The translations under genes were made by a program, and so were the position numbers. Of a stretch of DNA of 64,000 bases, positions 39,677 to 53,600 are shown in pieces. The notes under the pieces were generated by a model, which did not search any database, was not told the origin of the DNA, and was given only the letters and a program-made list of their open reading frames with translations. The stretch's first letter is position 1, and each line of letters opens with the position of its first letter. This DNA is from Sedimentisphaerales bacterium (GTDB lineage: Bacteria > Planctomycetota > Phycisphaerae > Sedimentisphaerales > SM23-30). The stretch covers positions 64,001 through 128,000 of the forward strand of contig CAXXFK010000033.1 in the NCBI GenBank assembly GCA_963663965.2, given 5' to 3'.

Positions 39677-39705
39677 TTGACGAGACTAGTTCTGAACGAT
39701 ATAGT
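39677..39705 (+). promoter_or_regulatory. sigma70 promoter of alr
   Basis: TTGACG-N17-TATAGT, 43 bp upstream of the ATG. Confidence 0.65.
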
Positions 39706-39748
39706 TGGTGTTTCGATGAACGAAACAGACTGGTGAGGCAGAATTACG

Positions 39749-40972
39749 ATGGAGAATAATAAGCAAGGAATGCTAAATGACAAGGCAAAGGCCCGCCGGT
39801 GGAATGTGGTTTCGGATCTATATGAGGTTGGTCCATTACGGTTACAGGATAAGACACTTAAGACCGTCAAAGCTTATATCAATCGAAGCCATCTGCGTCA
39901 TAACGCGGCCATGATCCGCAGTCGTCTGGGCCGCGGCACCCAATTATGTGCCGTCGTAAAAGCGAATGGTTATGGTCATGATTCCAAAGTGGTTGTTTCG
40001 TGTTTGAATCAGTATGCCGACGCTTACGCCGTATCGACTATCGAAGAGGCCGAGCAGATCTATCCATTTGTCCAGGGCAAGACGATCCTGGCGACCTGTC
40101 CATTATTTTCTGGCATTGATCCGTCCTTGGTCCGATTGGCTCAGATCCGTGGTTTTCATTGCAGTATGTGTTCGCTGGAGTCATTACGGTATCTGGAAAG
40201 TTATCTAAGTGTTGATGGACCGGCGTTAAAAGTTCATTTAAAGGTGGATACCGGGATGGGGCGATTGGGCAGTCCTCCGGATGAGGCAATATTTTTATAT
40301 CAGCGTTTACTGGATAGTCCGAAAATTGAACTGGCGGGTGTTTATACCCATTTTTCCACTGCCGATGACGATCTGGATTACGCGCATCAGCAACAGCGTG
40401 ATTTTGAACGATTTCTGGCGTTGATCGCGGAGGGAGCCCCTCGTCCCTGCCTTCGTCACGCGTGTAATACGTCCGGTTTGATGCGGATGCCTTCGGCTCA
40501 TTACGATATGGTCCGATGTGGTATCGGGCTTTATGGTCTGGTCAATTGTGAAGGGGCAACGGAATTTGAGTTAAAGCCGGTTCTGCATGTGGAAGCGCCG
40601 GTGGTACAGGTTAAGACGTTGCGGCAGGGATGTACCTGCGGTTATGGCCGGACTTTTACGACGCCGCGCGATATGGTAGTGGGAATCATCCCGGTGGGTT
40701 ATGCCGATGGATTGCTGCGTTCACTTTCGAATCAGGCGATATTGCGGATGGGGAATTATCCGGTATCGATCATCGGGCGAATCAGCATGGATCTAACCAT
40801 TGTGGATTTAAGTCAGGTCCCCAATCCGCGTGAAGGCATGACCGTGACGGTAATAGACGATCAGAAAGGCAGTCCCTGTCATGCCAAGACCCTGGCGGAT
40901 CAAGCCGGGACCATCCCTTATGAGATTCTGGTATCGATCGGCAACCGGATCAAACGCGTTCTGGTTGATTGA
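39749..40972 (+). CDS. alr: Alanine racemase
   Basis: AVVKANGYGH, HLKVDTGMGRLG, YTHFSTAD, GYADG, GRISMD, TIPYE. Confidence 0.96.
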   Translation: MENNKQGMLNDKAKARRWNVVSDLYEVGPLRLQDKTLKTVKAYINRSHLRHNAAMIRSRLGRGTQLCAVVKANGYGHDSKVVVSCLNQYADAYAVSTIEEAEQIYPFVQGKTILATCPLFSGIDPSLVRLAQIRGFHCSMCSLESLRYLESYLSVDGPALKVHLKVDTGMGRLGSPPDEAIFLYQRLLDSPKIELAGVYTHFSTADDDLDYAHQQQRDFERFLALIAEGAPRPCLRHACNTSGLMRMPSAHYDMVRCGIGLYGLVNCEGATEFELKPVLHVEAPVVQVKTLRQGCTCGYGRTFTTPRDMVVGIIPVGYADGLLRSLSNQAILRMGNYPVSIIGRISMDLTIVDLSQVPNPREGMTVTVIDDQKGSPCHAKTLADQAGTIPYEILVSIGNRIKRVLVD

Positions 40973-41216
40973 AAATGGTTGACTGAAATGGTTGGGAACA
41001 GAAAAATTCCGGACGGTAAACAGGTCCGTTTTTTAGAGGCGGTTATCTCCATTCTGGGTGATTCATCCGATAAGTATTATTATTGAGATATTTTCAAAGT
41101 TTCCAAATAGTACGTCGATATGGGTAGGGCCCTTTAGCTCAATCCTTGCAGAGGGGGCGAGCTGGAGAAGGGTTAATGGCTTCGGCAGCAGCATAAACAC
41201 CCCGAAGCCCCGTTTC

Positions 41217-41256
41217 AAAAAGGCCGATAGCAACGGATTGTGAGTCGGCCTTTTTT
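41217..41256 (+). terminator. Strong intrinsic terminator (possibly bidirectional)
   Basis: aaaaaggccga...tcggcctttttt. Confidence 0.8.
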
Positions 41257-41652
41257 GATTAATAATAAGTGGATATAGAGTGTCCAAATATTATCGGGTC
41301 CTATCCATTATCACTGTTATGAACCGGGGGAAAAGATGCAGTTATCTGACTTTAGGTATTTTATATAGGGCGGATAACTGAATATTTTTCGCGGTCAGAA
41401 AAACAGTTAGCAATATTAAAAAACGGGTTTTCTCTTTAGTAATTAGTTTCGTCAATCCCATTCCGCGAATTTTGTACTCAGGTTACTGAAATGTCCATGT
41501 AGTGAAGACGGGTACATAATCGATAAGACGTCAGTGTCAATAGTTTTATGAATATATTATGGAAATTGAAAACAAGTTAAAAATTGAGAGCCATCCATCC
41601 GCGATGGTTTGTGAGGACAGGTGGACCACTAACACATTTCAGGGGACAGATT

Positions 41653-44600
41653 ATGTCATTGTTGAGAAAATTACGTCGTCGTGAACATGAGACCAGAGGC
41701 CGTAACCAGGGACAGGACAAGCGCGGTCGATCCGGGATGATTCTTGAGGCGTTGGAGCCACGTGTCATGCTGGCAGCCGATCTGGCGGTGAACATGATGC
41801 CGACGGATCTGCCGCTGGTGAACTGGGGCGGTGATATCATGTTCGATGTGGGTATCGACAATGAAGGGACCCCTACGACCGATGACCTGACCAGCGGATC
41901 GGCGACGGTGAAGTTTTATATCGACACCAATCAGAACGGGACCCTGGATCTGACCGATACCGGCTCGGGTGTGGATGACGAGATCACCTCTGTCGTGCCG
42001 GTCAATGATACGAGTCTGGGCTACAAGCCCGTTGAGTCTGCCACTGGACTTTTCGGTGGATAATCTGGCCGGGGGTGACAGTCTGGGGGGGGCCTATACC
42101 CTGACAATGCCGGCACAGGATAACGGAACCAGCGGCGATACCAGTGATGACTGGGCGGTGGGTGATTACTCGATCTTTGTTCATGTGGATGGCTCGAGCG
42201 TGGGTGACACGGTCACGACCAATGATATCGCATCGATACTGATTCCGATCGGTCCGACCAGTCCCAGCGGATCGACTTTACCGGAGTTAAGCGTAGAGAA
42301 GTTTTATACCCCCGAAGTGGATAAACTGGCGTGGGGTGAGACCTATCCGGCCGAAGCGATGATTATGAACCGGGGTGACGCGGGAATCAGCGGTTCAGTG
42401 AATGTGTCGGTCTTTATCAGTCCGATGCCGATGCTGGTTCCGGGGCGCGGTTAATGTATCGCCGACACCGGGGACACTGGCGTCAATCAGCGCCAATACC
42501 AGTGAATACGTGGAAGTCACGATCGATTTGAGCGGGTTATCGGCCCGTCCAACCGGCGGCTACTGGGATATCCAATTCGATGATGAACTGACCGATCCGG
42601 TTTATCTGATTGCCGTTGTGGATGGGACATCCCTTGACACGACAACCGGGCAGATTACCGATGGCAGTGAAACAGAGTATTACGAGTCCAATAACTTTTT
42701 ATCATCGTCTTTGTTCGATGAGCCGGCTGAGATTGTCGATTCGGCGACGATAACCGGCCAGGCAGATTTGCAGGGCCTGGAATTGCTGGTCGATAAAAAT
42801 CCGGATGGCACCGATACCACGGATAATAGTGTGCCAAGGATCGCCTGGGGGAATACGGCGGTTACCGGCGGATTGGCGGCAATTGTCTATAATGCCGGAA
42901 CTGCCGCAGGCGCTTATGATATCACGGTGAAGGCATCGCCGGATACCGATTATGATAATACGAATGCATTCAGCTTTGGAACGATCAATCTCTCGAGCGG
43001 TACGACAGCGCTGGGGGTATATTGACCAGGCGATCGATACGGCTGATCTGAGTGGAACGGGCTCCAATATCACCATAGCCCCAACTGGATTCACCGATCA
43101 GTCATTTGCCTATGTGATTGGACGGGTGGATTCGGGAAGCGCCATTACGGAAAGTGATGAGACGAACAACGATACCCACGCAGTTAAGGTCTGGGTTGGT
43201 GATTTTTATACGGGCGGCGCCGACCTGATTTCTTATGAAGTGGATATTACCACGGATGGCGGCACTGATATTGCGGATACCACCCTGTTCTGGGGTGATG
43301 AGATTACCCTGTCCGCCACGGTAGCCAATGTCGGGGATACGGCGGTGGATGGGACATCGACGCCATTTGGCATGCGGTTTTATCTGAGCGCGGATAATGT
43401 TCTGGATGGCGGGGATACGGAGTTGACCAGCGCCAATCTGACGGTCAGTACCCTGTTGAACAATGGGGAAATGGTGACCATGAATGGCAGTACGCCGGTA
43501 TCGTTACCGGAGCCGACCAGCGTGAGCGGCACCACTTACTATATTATCATGGATATCGACGCATCCAATGGCACCGGCACCATTACGGAAGTGAATGATG
43601 AAGGCGCCGGAACGAATAATAATCAGGTTGCGGTACCGATTACTGTTTATCGGACGGACCTGGGATTACAGAATACCAATTTTGTAGATCCCACCGATAA
43701 TTCAACTCCTCGCTCTCTGGACTGGGGAGATCAGGTTCAGATCATGTTTGATATTGCCAATTATGGTCCCAACAGTCTGGGCAGCGGGACGGCAACCGTT
43801 GATATTTTTGTGGATTTGAACGGGAACGGGGTTTATGACTCGGGTGAAGGTGAACAGCAGACCATCGATTTCAGTTCGACTCCACTCAATGTTAATCAGA
43901 CCATGCAAAAGGATGTGACCCTGACATTACCCAGCAGCGGTACGGATGGCGATTTTGAAATTATCGCCAAAATCAGCGGTATTGAAGAGAGCTATACGGC
44001 CAATAATACCGTTTCGCTGGAACTGCCGGTGGGTGATATGGATTCGATTTCAGGGATCGATCTGATCGGTGTGCAGGCGGCGATTCCGGTCAATACGGAT
44101 CTGGTCTGGGGTGGGTCAGTGGATGTTCCGGTGGTGATTATGAACCAGGGTGGTACTAACCTGACGGCTGATTTCGAAATGCAGGCTTATTTCAGTATGG
44201 ATATGCAGCTGGACAGTGATGATATCGCGCTGGGTAGCGCGGTAACGGTAACTGATGATATTGCCGCCGATGGTTTTTCGGTGCAGGCAGTGACCGTGAC
44301 ATTACCCAGTTTGAGCGCGGCCCAGGCTGTCTATGGCACCAGCGCATCCAGCAGCTCGTATGTCCTGATATTCAAGATCGACAGCGCAACCACCCCGGCG
44401 GTTACAGAAACCTATCGCAGCAATAATGTCCTTGTCAGTGATGTCTTAACGAGTCTGGTCAGCAGTTCTACCCCGGTTACGGGCGCGGATCTTGCGGGAC
44501 AGCATCTGGTTGTACCTGCTTTATCGCGCAGATCGCTATTGGTCTGGGGCAGTACGGTGGATGTTTATGCCAATTTCAGTAATATTGGTGACACGACCTA

Positions 44601-47600
44601 CACGGACGGGACCGGGATGGAGGTGGCATATTATTTGTCTCCGACTTCCAGTTTACCGGCGGATCCCAGTAGTGATCCGGGTATTCTGGCATTGACCCCC
44701 ACTTCGGCCCAGACGCCGGTGACATCTCTGGCTTCAGGAGTCGCGACCAATGCCGCCATGACCGCTGTAACCTTGACGGTGCCGGCCATGCCAACCAATC
44801 CGGCAAACCAGTATTATCTGATTGCCCGGGCAGCCACTCCCAGCGATGATGCGGATCCCACCAACAATGATATTATTTTGATGGATAATACCGGTTCCTC
44901 CATGCAAATCCAGGTTCAATCGGCCGATCTCATGCCGGATGTTGAGGACTATGACACGGAATTTTCGGTCGTCTGGAAATTTGGCAATACCTACACCCTG
45001 GCGGTTGACGCGTTGAATGTTTCTTCGGTGGATGTGGATACTTCCTTTACGATTGATGTCTATTTGACGCCCATTGAACCGGCCCTGGATTCGATAATGA
45101 TCTCAGATCTGAGTGATACCACGGTCTTTTATCCGTTGACGGCAACATCCGTGACGGTTACTTCGCTGGCCGGACAGGAATCCTCGGTCAATGATGTGAA
45201 TGTGACGCTTCCGGCGGATGCCAGTGGTTTTACTACTACGGCAACCAACGATACCTATTACCTGCTGTACGTGGTGGACAGCGGCGAGGCGATTACGGAA
45301 ATGTCCGAAGACAACAATATGGACTGGGTGGAGGTGGTGATCAGCGCGACGGCCGGTACCGGACAGGACGTTGAGATGCTGGATGGTGAATTCGATCTGG
45401 AGAGTGTTTCCGATGAACAGCTGTCCCAGTTGCAATGGAATCAAACCTATACCGAAGCGGGGATGTTCGACATTTATAACGCCGGCGGAGCGATTAATAT
45501 TGATTTTGACGTTACCTTCAAGTTGTCGACAGACCGGACCTGGGATACCGGCGATACTGATTTTGCTGCCAGCAGCGGTACGTATACGGTGCCGGGTGCT
45601 ACCACGGCATTTGCTTCCAAAGGGATTCTGGGAGTCGATCTGGATTTGCAGACCCCGGCCAGCGGAACGGATGGTTTGTATTATGTCATCGCGCGTGCAG
45701 ATGCCGGCGGGGCGCTGACCAGCGAAACGAATACCGACGATAACGATTCGGATGTGACTCCGGTATTTGTGGGGAGTTGGCTGACGGGTGGTTCGGATGT
45801 GCTGGTGCTGGATGGCGAATTGGAAATGGGGGCGGCTGATGGCTCAATTTCAACCGCGACGACTTATGGTGTGAACGATTATGTTAAATTTGATTTTGAG
45901 ATGGTCAATATCGGCGCCACGGCGGTGTCCGGAGATTTTGAGGCCCAGTTCTATATCGCCAAGAGCGGGGATGATACCAATAAGCAGTTGTTGACCTCTT
46001 ATACGATTCCGACGGATGGCAGTAATCCGCAGGCGATGTCAACCTGGTTCCATAACAATGCCAGCACTCCGATGACTTCCGGACGGATTTTGACTTATGC
46101 CAATCAGGTTTTGATCCCGGAAATTGCCGCGAACAATATGAGTTCGACGGGTGAATATGAAATTATTATCGAGTTGAATTCCGGGACTACGACCATTACC
46201 GAACTAACCGGAGGCGATACCAATAATACGTATACAATTCCCATAGAACTGGATATTGCCGATATGAGTTTCGATACTTCGAATACGGTGATGCCGGGCG
46301 GGGCCGGGAGTTTATGGGCCAGTCCGGTGGATGTGGTGTGGGGTGAGAGTGTAGAGATGGAAGTGGTGGTTGCCTCGGGGACCAGCAGTGATCTGCTGGA
46401 TGTCGGCTTGACAGCGATATTGGATGCCGATGGCGACCTGTCAACAACCACTGACCAGACGGCACTGACCCTACTTGATGATAACGATGCGACACTGACG
46501 ACGATTGATTTGCTGGATGGCCAGGACTGGGAAGGGAATCTGGCGGTGACGTTACCATCTACGGCGCCAACCGGCTGGTCAAACGGCACTTCGGTGATTG
46601 CTTTGATCCTGGATAGCGGCGATGCCGTTTTTGAGCAGGATGAGACCAACAACAGTCTCAGTCAGGCCCTGACGATTACCGATTCGGCTTCACGTACTTT
46701 TGGGGGGAGCGGCACGGCCGATCTGGTGTTGATCGAAAGTATGGTGGACTGGCATGATGATTCCGGGGGAACCTACTGGGGCAGCTGGGTGCCGATGTCG
46801 ATTACGGTGTATAATGACGGCGATACCGCGGCTGGTGCGTTCAATATTACCCTATCGTATTGTACGGGAACTTATGACGCAACTTCTGTTATCAATGGCA
46901 CTGCCGCATATAAAGTAGTGGATTATGAAACTCTTAACAGCGTTACACCGGCAACGGGTCAGACGGTGACGGATGGCTCGTCGATTGTTGTCAGCGATTT
47001 GCAACCGGGTGAACTGTTGGAGATCGAAGCGATCGTCAAACTGCCCGATTACAGTACGTCGATTGCTTCCAAGACCTCTTTGATCGCGATGATTGACAGT
47101 GATCCGGATGCCAGTGAGGATGGCGGGACCGGCAAAGGGGATGTGGATGAAGGCAGTCTGGAGACGAATAATGAGGCCGATGTCGATACGCTGACCTTTG
47201 CCAGCGCGACCGATCTGCTGGCCGGCAAACTTTCAGTCGATACTTCCCTGAGCGGGTTGAATCCGGGCGAAACCATCACGGTTACGGCCGGGGTGGTCAA
47301 TCCCACCCAATACGGCGATAACGCCGTCATCCAGTACCATTCTGACCAGTTTTTATTTGTGGCCCAATCCATTGGGCGGACCGGGGCAGAATGGGGAAGT
47401 AATATTGACATCCACCCCGCTGTTTTCGTCGACTTCCATTGCGGCCGGTACGGGATTGACCCAGCAGGTTGTTCTGACGTTGCCAGACAGTATGTCGGCG
47501 GGCACCTATTATCTGGCCATGGTGGTTGACAGCAGTAATACCGTGGATGAGACGGGCGCGGAAAAAGGCGAATTGAATAATGTGGCGGTTCATCCGGTAT

Positions 47601-50600
47601 CGTTCGATATTGGGGATGTCGAATATGATCTGTATATCGATCCCGCGGTGAATAGTAATACCGGAGTCACCTTTGTCGACCCGATGGGGACCCCGATGGT
47701 GGGAGATCCCGTCTTTACGGTTGACGCGCCGTTCCATGTGCAATTTGTGCTTGCCAATGGCGGAACCGGTGTGACGGGAAATGTCACAGCGACGATAGGA
47801 ATCTATACGGCAGAAGATGCGACCGCACTGGTCGGCGGCAGCGACCGGGTGGTTTCGCTGGGATCGGTTTCCGGCGGCAGTCTGGGCTACAGCAATACCG
47901 AACAGATGCAATTGTCCAATCAATTTTATGATTCAACGGCCACTTATTATGTGGGTGTGGTGATCGATCCGGATGGCAATCTGGCCGGTGAGACCGATAC
48001 TACCAACAATACCTATTTTGTACCAGTAACCTTCGAGCAGCCCATGCCGGATATCGAGCCTTATTTCTTCAAGGCCAATGATGTGGGCGCGCCGGGGGAA
48101 CTGCAGGCCGCGCCGGGCGATGAGATTTATCTGCATGGTGAAATCCAGAACAATACCAATATAGCCGTCGATCAGGCGTTCCGGGTGCAGTTCCAGTTAC
48201 GTGACAGCACGGGCGCGCTGGTCACGGGCGCGGCCTGGAATGTGGATGTTCCCAGTATTGGCACGCCGGATATGGGCAATAATACTGTTTTTGTCGATCT
48301 GCCGATATTTCTGCCGGTTGACCTGGATCTGACCCAGACTTATCAACTGGTGATGATCGCCGATAATGATAATTCGGTGGCGGAGGGGCTGGAAGACAAT
48401 AATATCACTGACGTTGTAACACTGACCTTGCGTGAGCCGGAAATCGATCTGGTCTTGCAGCCAATCAAGCTGACCTTGCCGACAGAAGGACTGACCTGGA
48501 GCCAGGGTCTGAATGTCGATTTTCAGATCAACAGTTATGGTGACAGCAGTTCGCCGCCGAGCAAGGCCGGGATCTATCTGAGCACCAGCGCTACCGATCT
48601 GACCGGTGCGATTTTACTGGATGAAGTGGATGTTCCGCAAATCTATCCCGGTACGTTTTACCGACAGAATACCTGGGTCATGCTGCCGGATAATATGGAT
48701 AAGGCGCTGGCCGATGGCGGCTATTATATTGTGGTACAGGCAGACAATCTGAATGACGTGGATGAAATGATGGGCGGCCAGCCGGTTGAAGGTAATAATC
48801 TCCAATCCAAAGCAGTCCAGATTGTCAGCCCGACAGTCAATCTGATCCCGGATTATCCTGCCGATTTTATCTTTGAACCGACTATTTATCGCAATATTCC
48901 GTTTATGATGCCTGTTGAAATTCGCAACGATAGTTTTGGCATTGTGGATACCCCTTTTGCCGTGCGTGTGGTCATCAGTTCGGATGCCACGTACGGGAAT
49001 GCTGACGACTTGTTGTTGGGTGAGTTTACCGTTGCCGCGATGGAACCGAATGGATACTGGTCCAATGATCTGGAATTCCAATTCCCGGACGCATCGGTTC
49101 TGCCTGATGGACCCTATCGGATATTTGTCAGTGTGGATGCGGATAATGCCGTGGTTGAAGCCAATCCGGATGGGACTGATGCCGAAAGCGACAACCTGGT
49201 ATCGTTCCGGACGGAACTGACCACGCTGAATCTGGTTGAAGGGGTAGAACTGCATCTGGAGATGATCGAAAGCGACGGCGTCAATACCATCAGCTGGGGC
49301 GGGAGTTATCCGGATCAGTTTTTTGCCGGACTGATGAATATGGGAACCCAACTGGCAGACAGTTTCGATCTGACGGTATATTTATCGCGGGATGACAAGA
49401 TCGATTCAAACGATCTGGTGGTCAGTACGACGACGTTAAGCGCTCAACCCGGCGAGGTGCTGGATGTACCGGTGGCGATTACCATGCCGGATAATGCCGA
49501 TGAAGCCTTGCCGAACGGGCCGTGGTTCCTGATTGCCAAAGTCGACAGCAGTGACGCGATAGCGGAAGTTGATGAAACCAATAATATTAAATACCGGGTT
49601 ATTAACGTAGGTGAAGTTAAGCAGGGAGTCGATATGGCTTTGAGTGGATTGACCATTCCCATGGAAGCCAATTTCGATGAACAGCTGACGATTGATTTTA
49701 ATGTGGTCAATGAAGGGGATACCTTTGCTGACGCGGAAGTGCGTGTTTATGTCTCGGCCGATCCGATTCCGCTGAACGCGCTGGATACGATCGGATCGGT
49801 GGCGAATATTCCTGTCAATGTTGCCGGGGGCGGTTCGTTCCCACTCACCATGAATTTATGGATGCCCTATAACGATAATCCCGCGATCACGGATGCCTAC
49901 TATAATGTCTTGTTTGTGATTACGAATACCCGAGTTGACGGTCAGCCGGTCACCGAGGTGGAAATTGAGAACAACAGTCTGTATCAGAGCATCCACCTGA
50001 CAACGCCGGTACAGGCGGATCTGGAAGCGGGTGTCTATGTCGATCCTACTACTGGCGGTTTCTATATGCCGGGGATGGGGCAGGCCTTCGATTGGGGCGA
50101 TATTGTCAAACTGGATACGATCATCAAAAATCAGGGCAATGACACGGTCACCGACAGCTTTACGGTGACCTGGTATTTGTCGGCAACCAGTCCCTGGGAT
50201 ATTAATTTCGATGAAGACGCGCTGTATTCGCTAACTTCCGAAACCGTGACGGCTGATATTGCATCATGGGATCAATATATCATTGAAGATCAGGAGGTCG
50301 CGTTGCCCACGGTAGCGCCGTCTCAATTTGGGTCGTACCTGACGGATGGCCAGGGCGAGTTGTTTATTGTGGCCCAGGTGGATAGCGCGGGTGTCATCGA
50401 TGAGATGAACGAAGGCAATAATTACGCCGATCTGCCGGTTTATATCGGATCGCTGCCGGCGGAACTGGATGGCTGGATGGAAATAGTCCCGGAAGCCGGG
50501 ATGTCTTATCCGAGTTTCGAATATGGCTGGGGCCAGACGGTGCCGGTAGCATTGAAATTGCGTAATTTTGGCGGCGGCGACGCGGATAATGTCGATGTGA

Positions 50601-53600
50601 CATTTTTCCTGGCGGAAGACTGGGATATTCAGAATGAAGATGGCAGTCTGAAAACCAGTAAACTGGTACAACTCAATACGATCACTGTGACCAGCATTCC
50701 CAGCGGCGCGGGACTCTGGGATCCGATTCAGAACATGGAAGTTGGCACGGTGATTGTGGATACCGATGTCGAACTACCCGCGGATCGGCCGGACAATTTC
50801 CTGGGCGCGGCGATGAGTTATAATATTATCGCCATGGTCGATTATAATCAGACTGTAAATGAAGATGATGACTATTACAATAATATTTCATCGGTTTATG
50901 TGCATGTACGTGATATCAAACCGGATCTGATATCGTTCTGGGTGGAGTCGGTGAACCTGGAAAGCGGCGTATTTCAGCCCAGTATGATGTGGTCCAGTGA
51001 GACCGATCCGAAACAGATCCGGTTGCATTTTGAAGTTGCTAACCAGGGTACTGCTCCAGCCAGTGATGTGGTGGTGAGCTTTATGCTGGCCAATGCTTCC
51101 GGTGATATTAATACGGCCTATGAATTTGGCCAGACTACCCTGGAACTGCTGAGTAATGATCCAGTCGCCGGGAACAATTCTCTTGGGGATATTGTCCTTG
51201 ATCTGCCGACGCCGGAATCGGTGCCGTTTGTGACTGCCGGGCAGGAGACCGGTTCGTATATCCTGATGATGAAAATCGATCCAACGGATAGCGTGGCCGA
51301 ATCCATGGAAACGAATAATGTCGCACAGATGCCGATACGGCTGGAAAAGGCCGTTGCCAAGATGGTGGTCGGGGACAGCCTGGGGCGCTGGGATGACAAG
51401 ATCATGGAATTTGGGAAGCTGGAAGCCGGCCAGGAAGGCAGTGCGTTTGTCAATATCCGTAATGATGGCAATGGTGAATTGAATATCAGTAATGTTATCA
51501 GCGATAATGCCGCATTTATTGTCGATGCCAGCGAATTACCGCTGGTCGTGGGACCGGGCCAGACGGTCGAGGTGCCGGTGATATTGGCGACAGAAGGCAT
51601 GCAGCCGGGCTATTATACCGGCCGGATTACCGTCTTTGGCGATGATCCGCGTAAACCGCAGGTCTCGTTGGACGCGCGAATTCAGATTGCCCAGTCACCG
51701 GTCGATCTGGCGGTCAGTCTGGTAGACGCGCAACTCGTCACTGAGGAAGGCAATTTCCCGGCAGCCGAAGCATTCTGGGGCGATAAGCTCAGTGTCGGTG
51801 TCAATCTGGCCAACCTGACCCAGACCTCTACCAATGACGGTGTTTTTGCGGATCTGTTCCTGACCGAATCCGCTGATGGTTCGGGATACCGGTATATGCT
51901 CAAGTCGAATGTCAAGCTGAGCCAGATGGCCGGTGAGACCGAGCGGCTCTGGACGGTCGAGCAAACCCTGCCCCTGACCTCTCCATTTGGACATGGCGGG
52001 GCATTGTATCTGGGCGCGGCGATACGCGGTAATGCCCTGGATTACGAACCGGACACTGCCAATAATGCCTTGACAATGCCGTTGACCATCACTACCCGCC
52101 CGCTGGGCGAACCGGATATTCTGCTGGAATCGGTGATCATGCCGCCGGAAGTCGCCCCGGGTGATACCGTTACGGTGGAATTGAAGGTGAGAAACGATGG
52201 TGAGGCGGACGCGACAGCCTTTGGTATCCGGGCGTATCTGTCCGATAGCCAGACCTTGAGCGCCAGCGCGGTTGAGGTGGGCTATGACGCCATGCCCGGC
52301 TTGAGTGTGGATGCCAGCGCGTTGCGGACATTTGAGTTTACCATTCCTGAAGATGCCGCAGAAGGTGTCAAATATTTACTGGTACAGGTTGATACGGACA
52401 ATGTACTGGCGGAATCGAATGAAAATAACAATAGCGCGTATATGCGATTCAGTGTGGAAGCCGGGCCGGCTTCCGACCTGATGGTGGCGCATATCGGTGT
52501 GCCGGATGGTTTGACCGTGGGAGAACCCTTTGTGCTGGAATATGCCGTGGCCAACGCAGGTACCGAGGAAGCGCGTGATGTCCGGGTTGAATTCTACTGG
52601 CGCGCGGTGGGCAGCACCACGACCGGTGAGTTCCTGGGATCGGCCAAGATTGCCAGCCTGATGCCGGTGACTGAAGTGAATGAGCAGACCGCCACGATCC
52701 GCAGTTTGAATTCCTTCCTGGCTCCGCGCATGGTTCAGCCGGGCACCAGTTATGAGATCGTTGGTAAAATCGATCCTTATAACACTTTCCCGGAAACCGA
52801 TGAGACGAATAATCAGTTGATCAGCGAAGCGCTGACACCATCCATGGGCGCCATTGATCTAGCGGGTGCATTCGACAATGCCGCGTTGCCCGCCAGTGCG
52901 ACCTGGGGTGAAGAGTTGGATGTGCCGTTGACGATTACCAATACCGGCGATAAAGAGGCTGCTCCGTTCAATGTCAAGGTGGTCTTGAGTCGCAATAATG
53001 TATTCGATACCAACGATGTCTATCTAACCGAGTGGTCGGTAGGGTCACTGTCGTCTGAAGAAGGCGCCAATTCCAAGACGCTGGATCTGCATGTCTGGCT
53101 GCCGGATTATCTGACTCTGGCGGATGGTAATTTCTATCTGCTGGCACGGGTGGATGATTTCAATAATGTGAACGAGACCGACGAAACCAATAACCTGGTC
53201 GTCAGTAACGCCCTGGCCATTACCGGACTACCTCAATTAAGCGGTTATCTGGTTTCAGTGCCCGATACGGCTAATTATGGTCAGACCATTACGGTCAGCG
53301 ATACGGTGCAGAACTACTCCCGAAGTTCAGCCGGTGAGTTCGAGGTTCGTTATTATCTGTCGCAGGACTGGGAATATCAGGATGGCGTGGATGAACTGCT
53401 CGGTTCGCGCGTGATCACTTCGCTGGCCGGCCAGGCCACGAATAGCGGGACGGTTTCGCTGGAATTGACTCAGCCGGCCGGATTCCCGGATGAGGGGCCG
53501 TTCCATATCGTGATGGTGATCGATGAAGATAACCAGGTGGCCGAGAAATATGAAGACAGCGCCATGGGGCCGGATTTTGCCAGTATGCCGATACAGATTG

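Noticed and set aside
41127..41200. GGGCCCTTTAGCTCAATCC looks like a tRNA 5' end
   Set aside because: No anticodon arm, TTCGA T-loop or matching acceptor stem.
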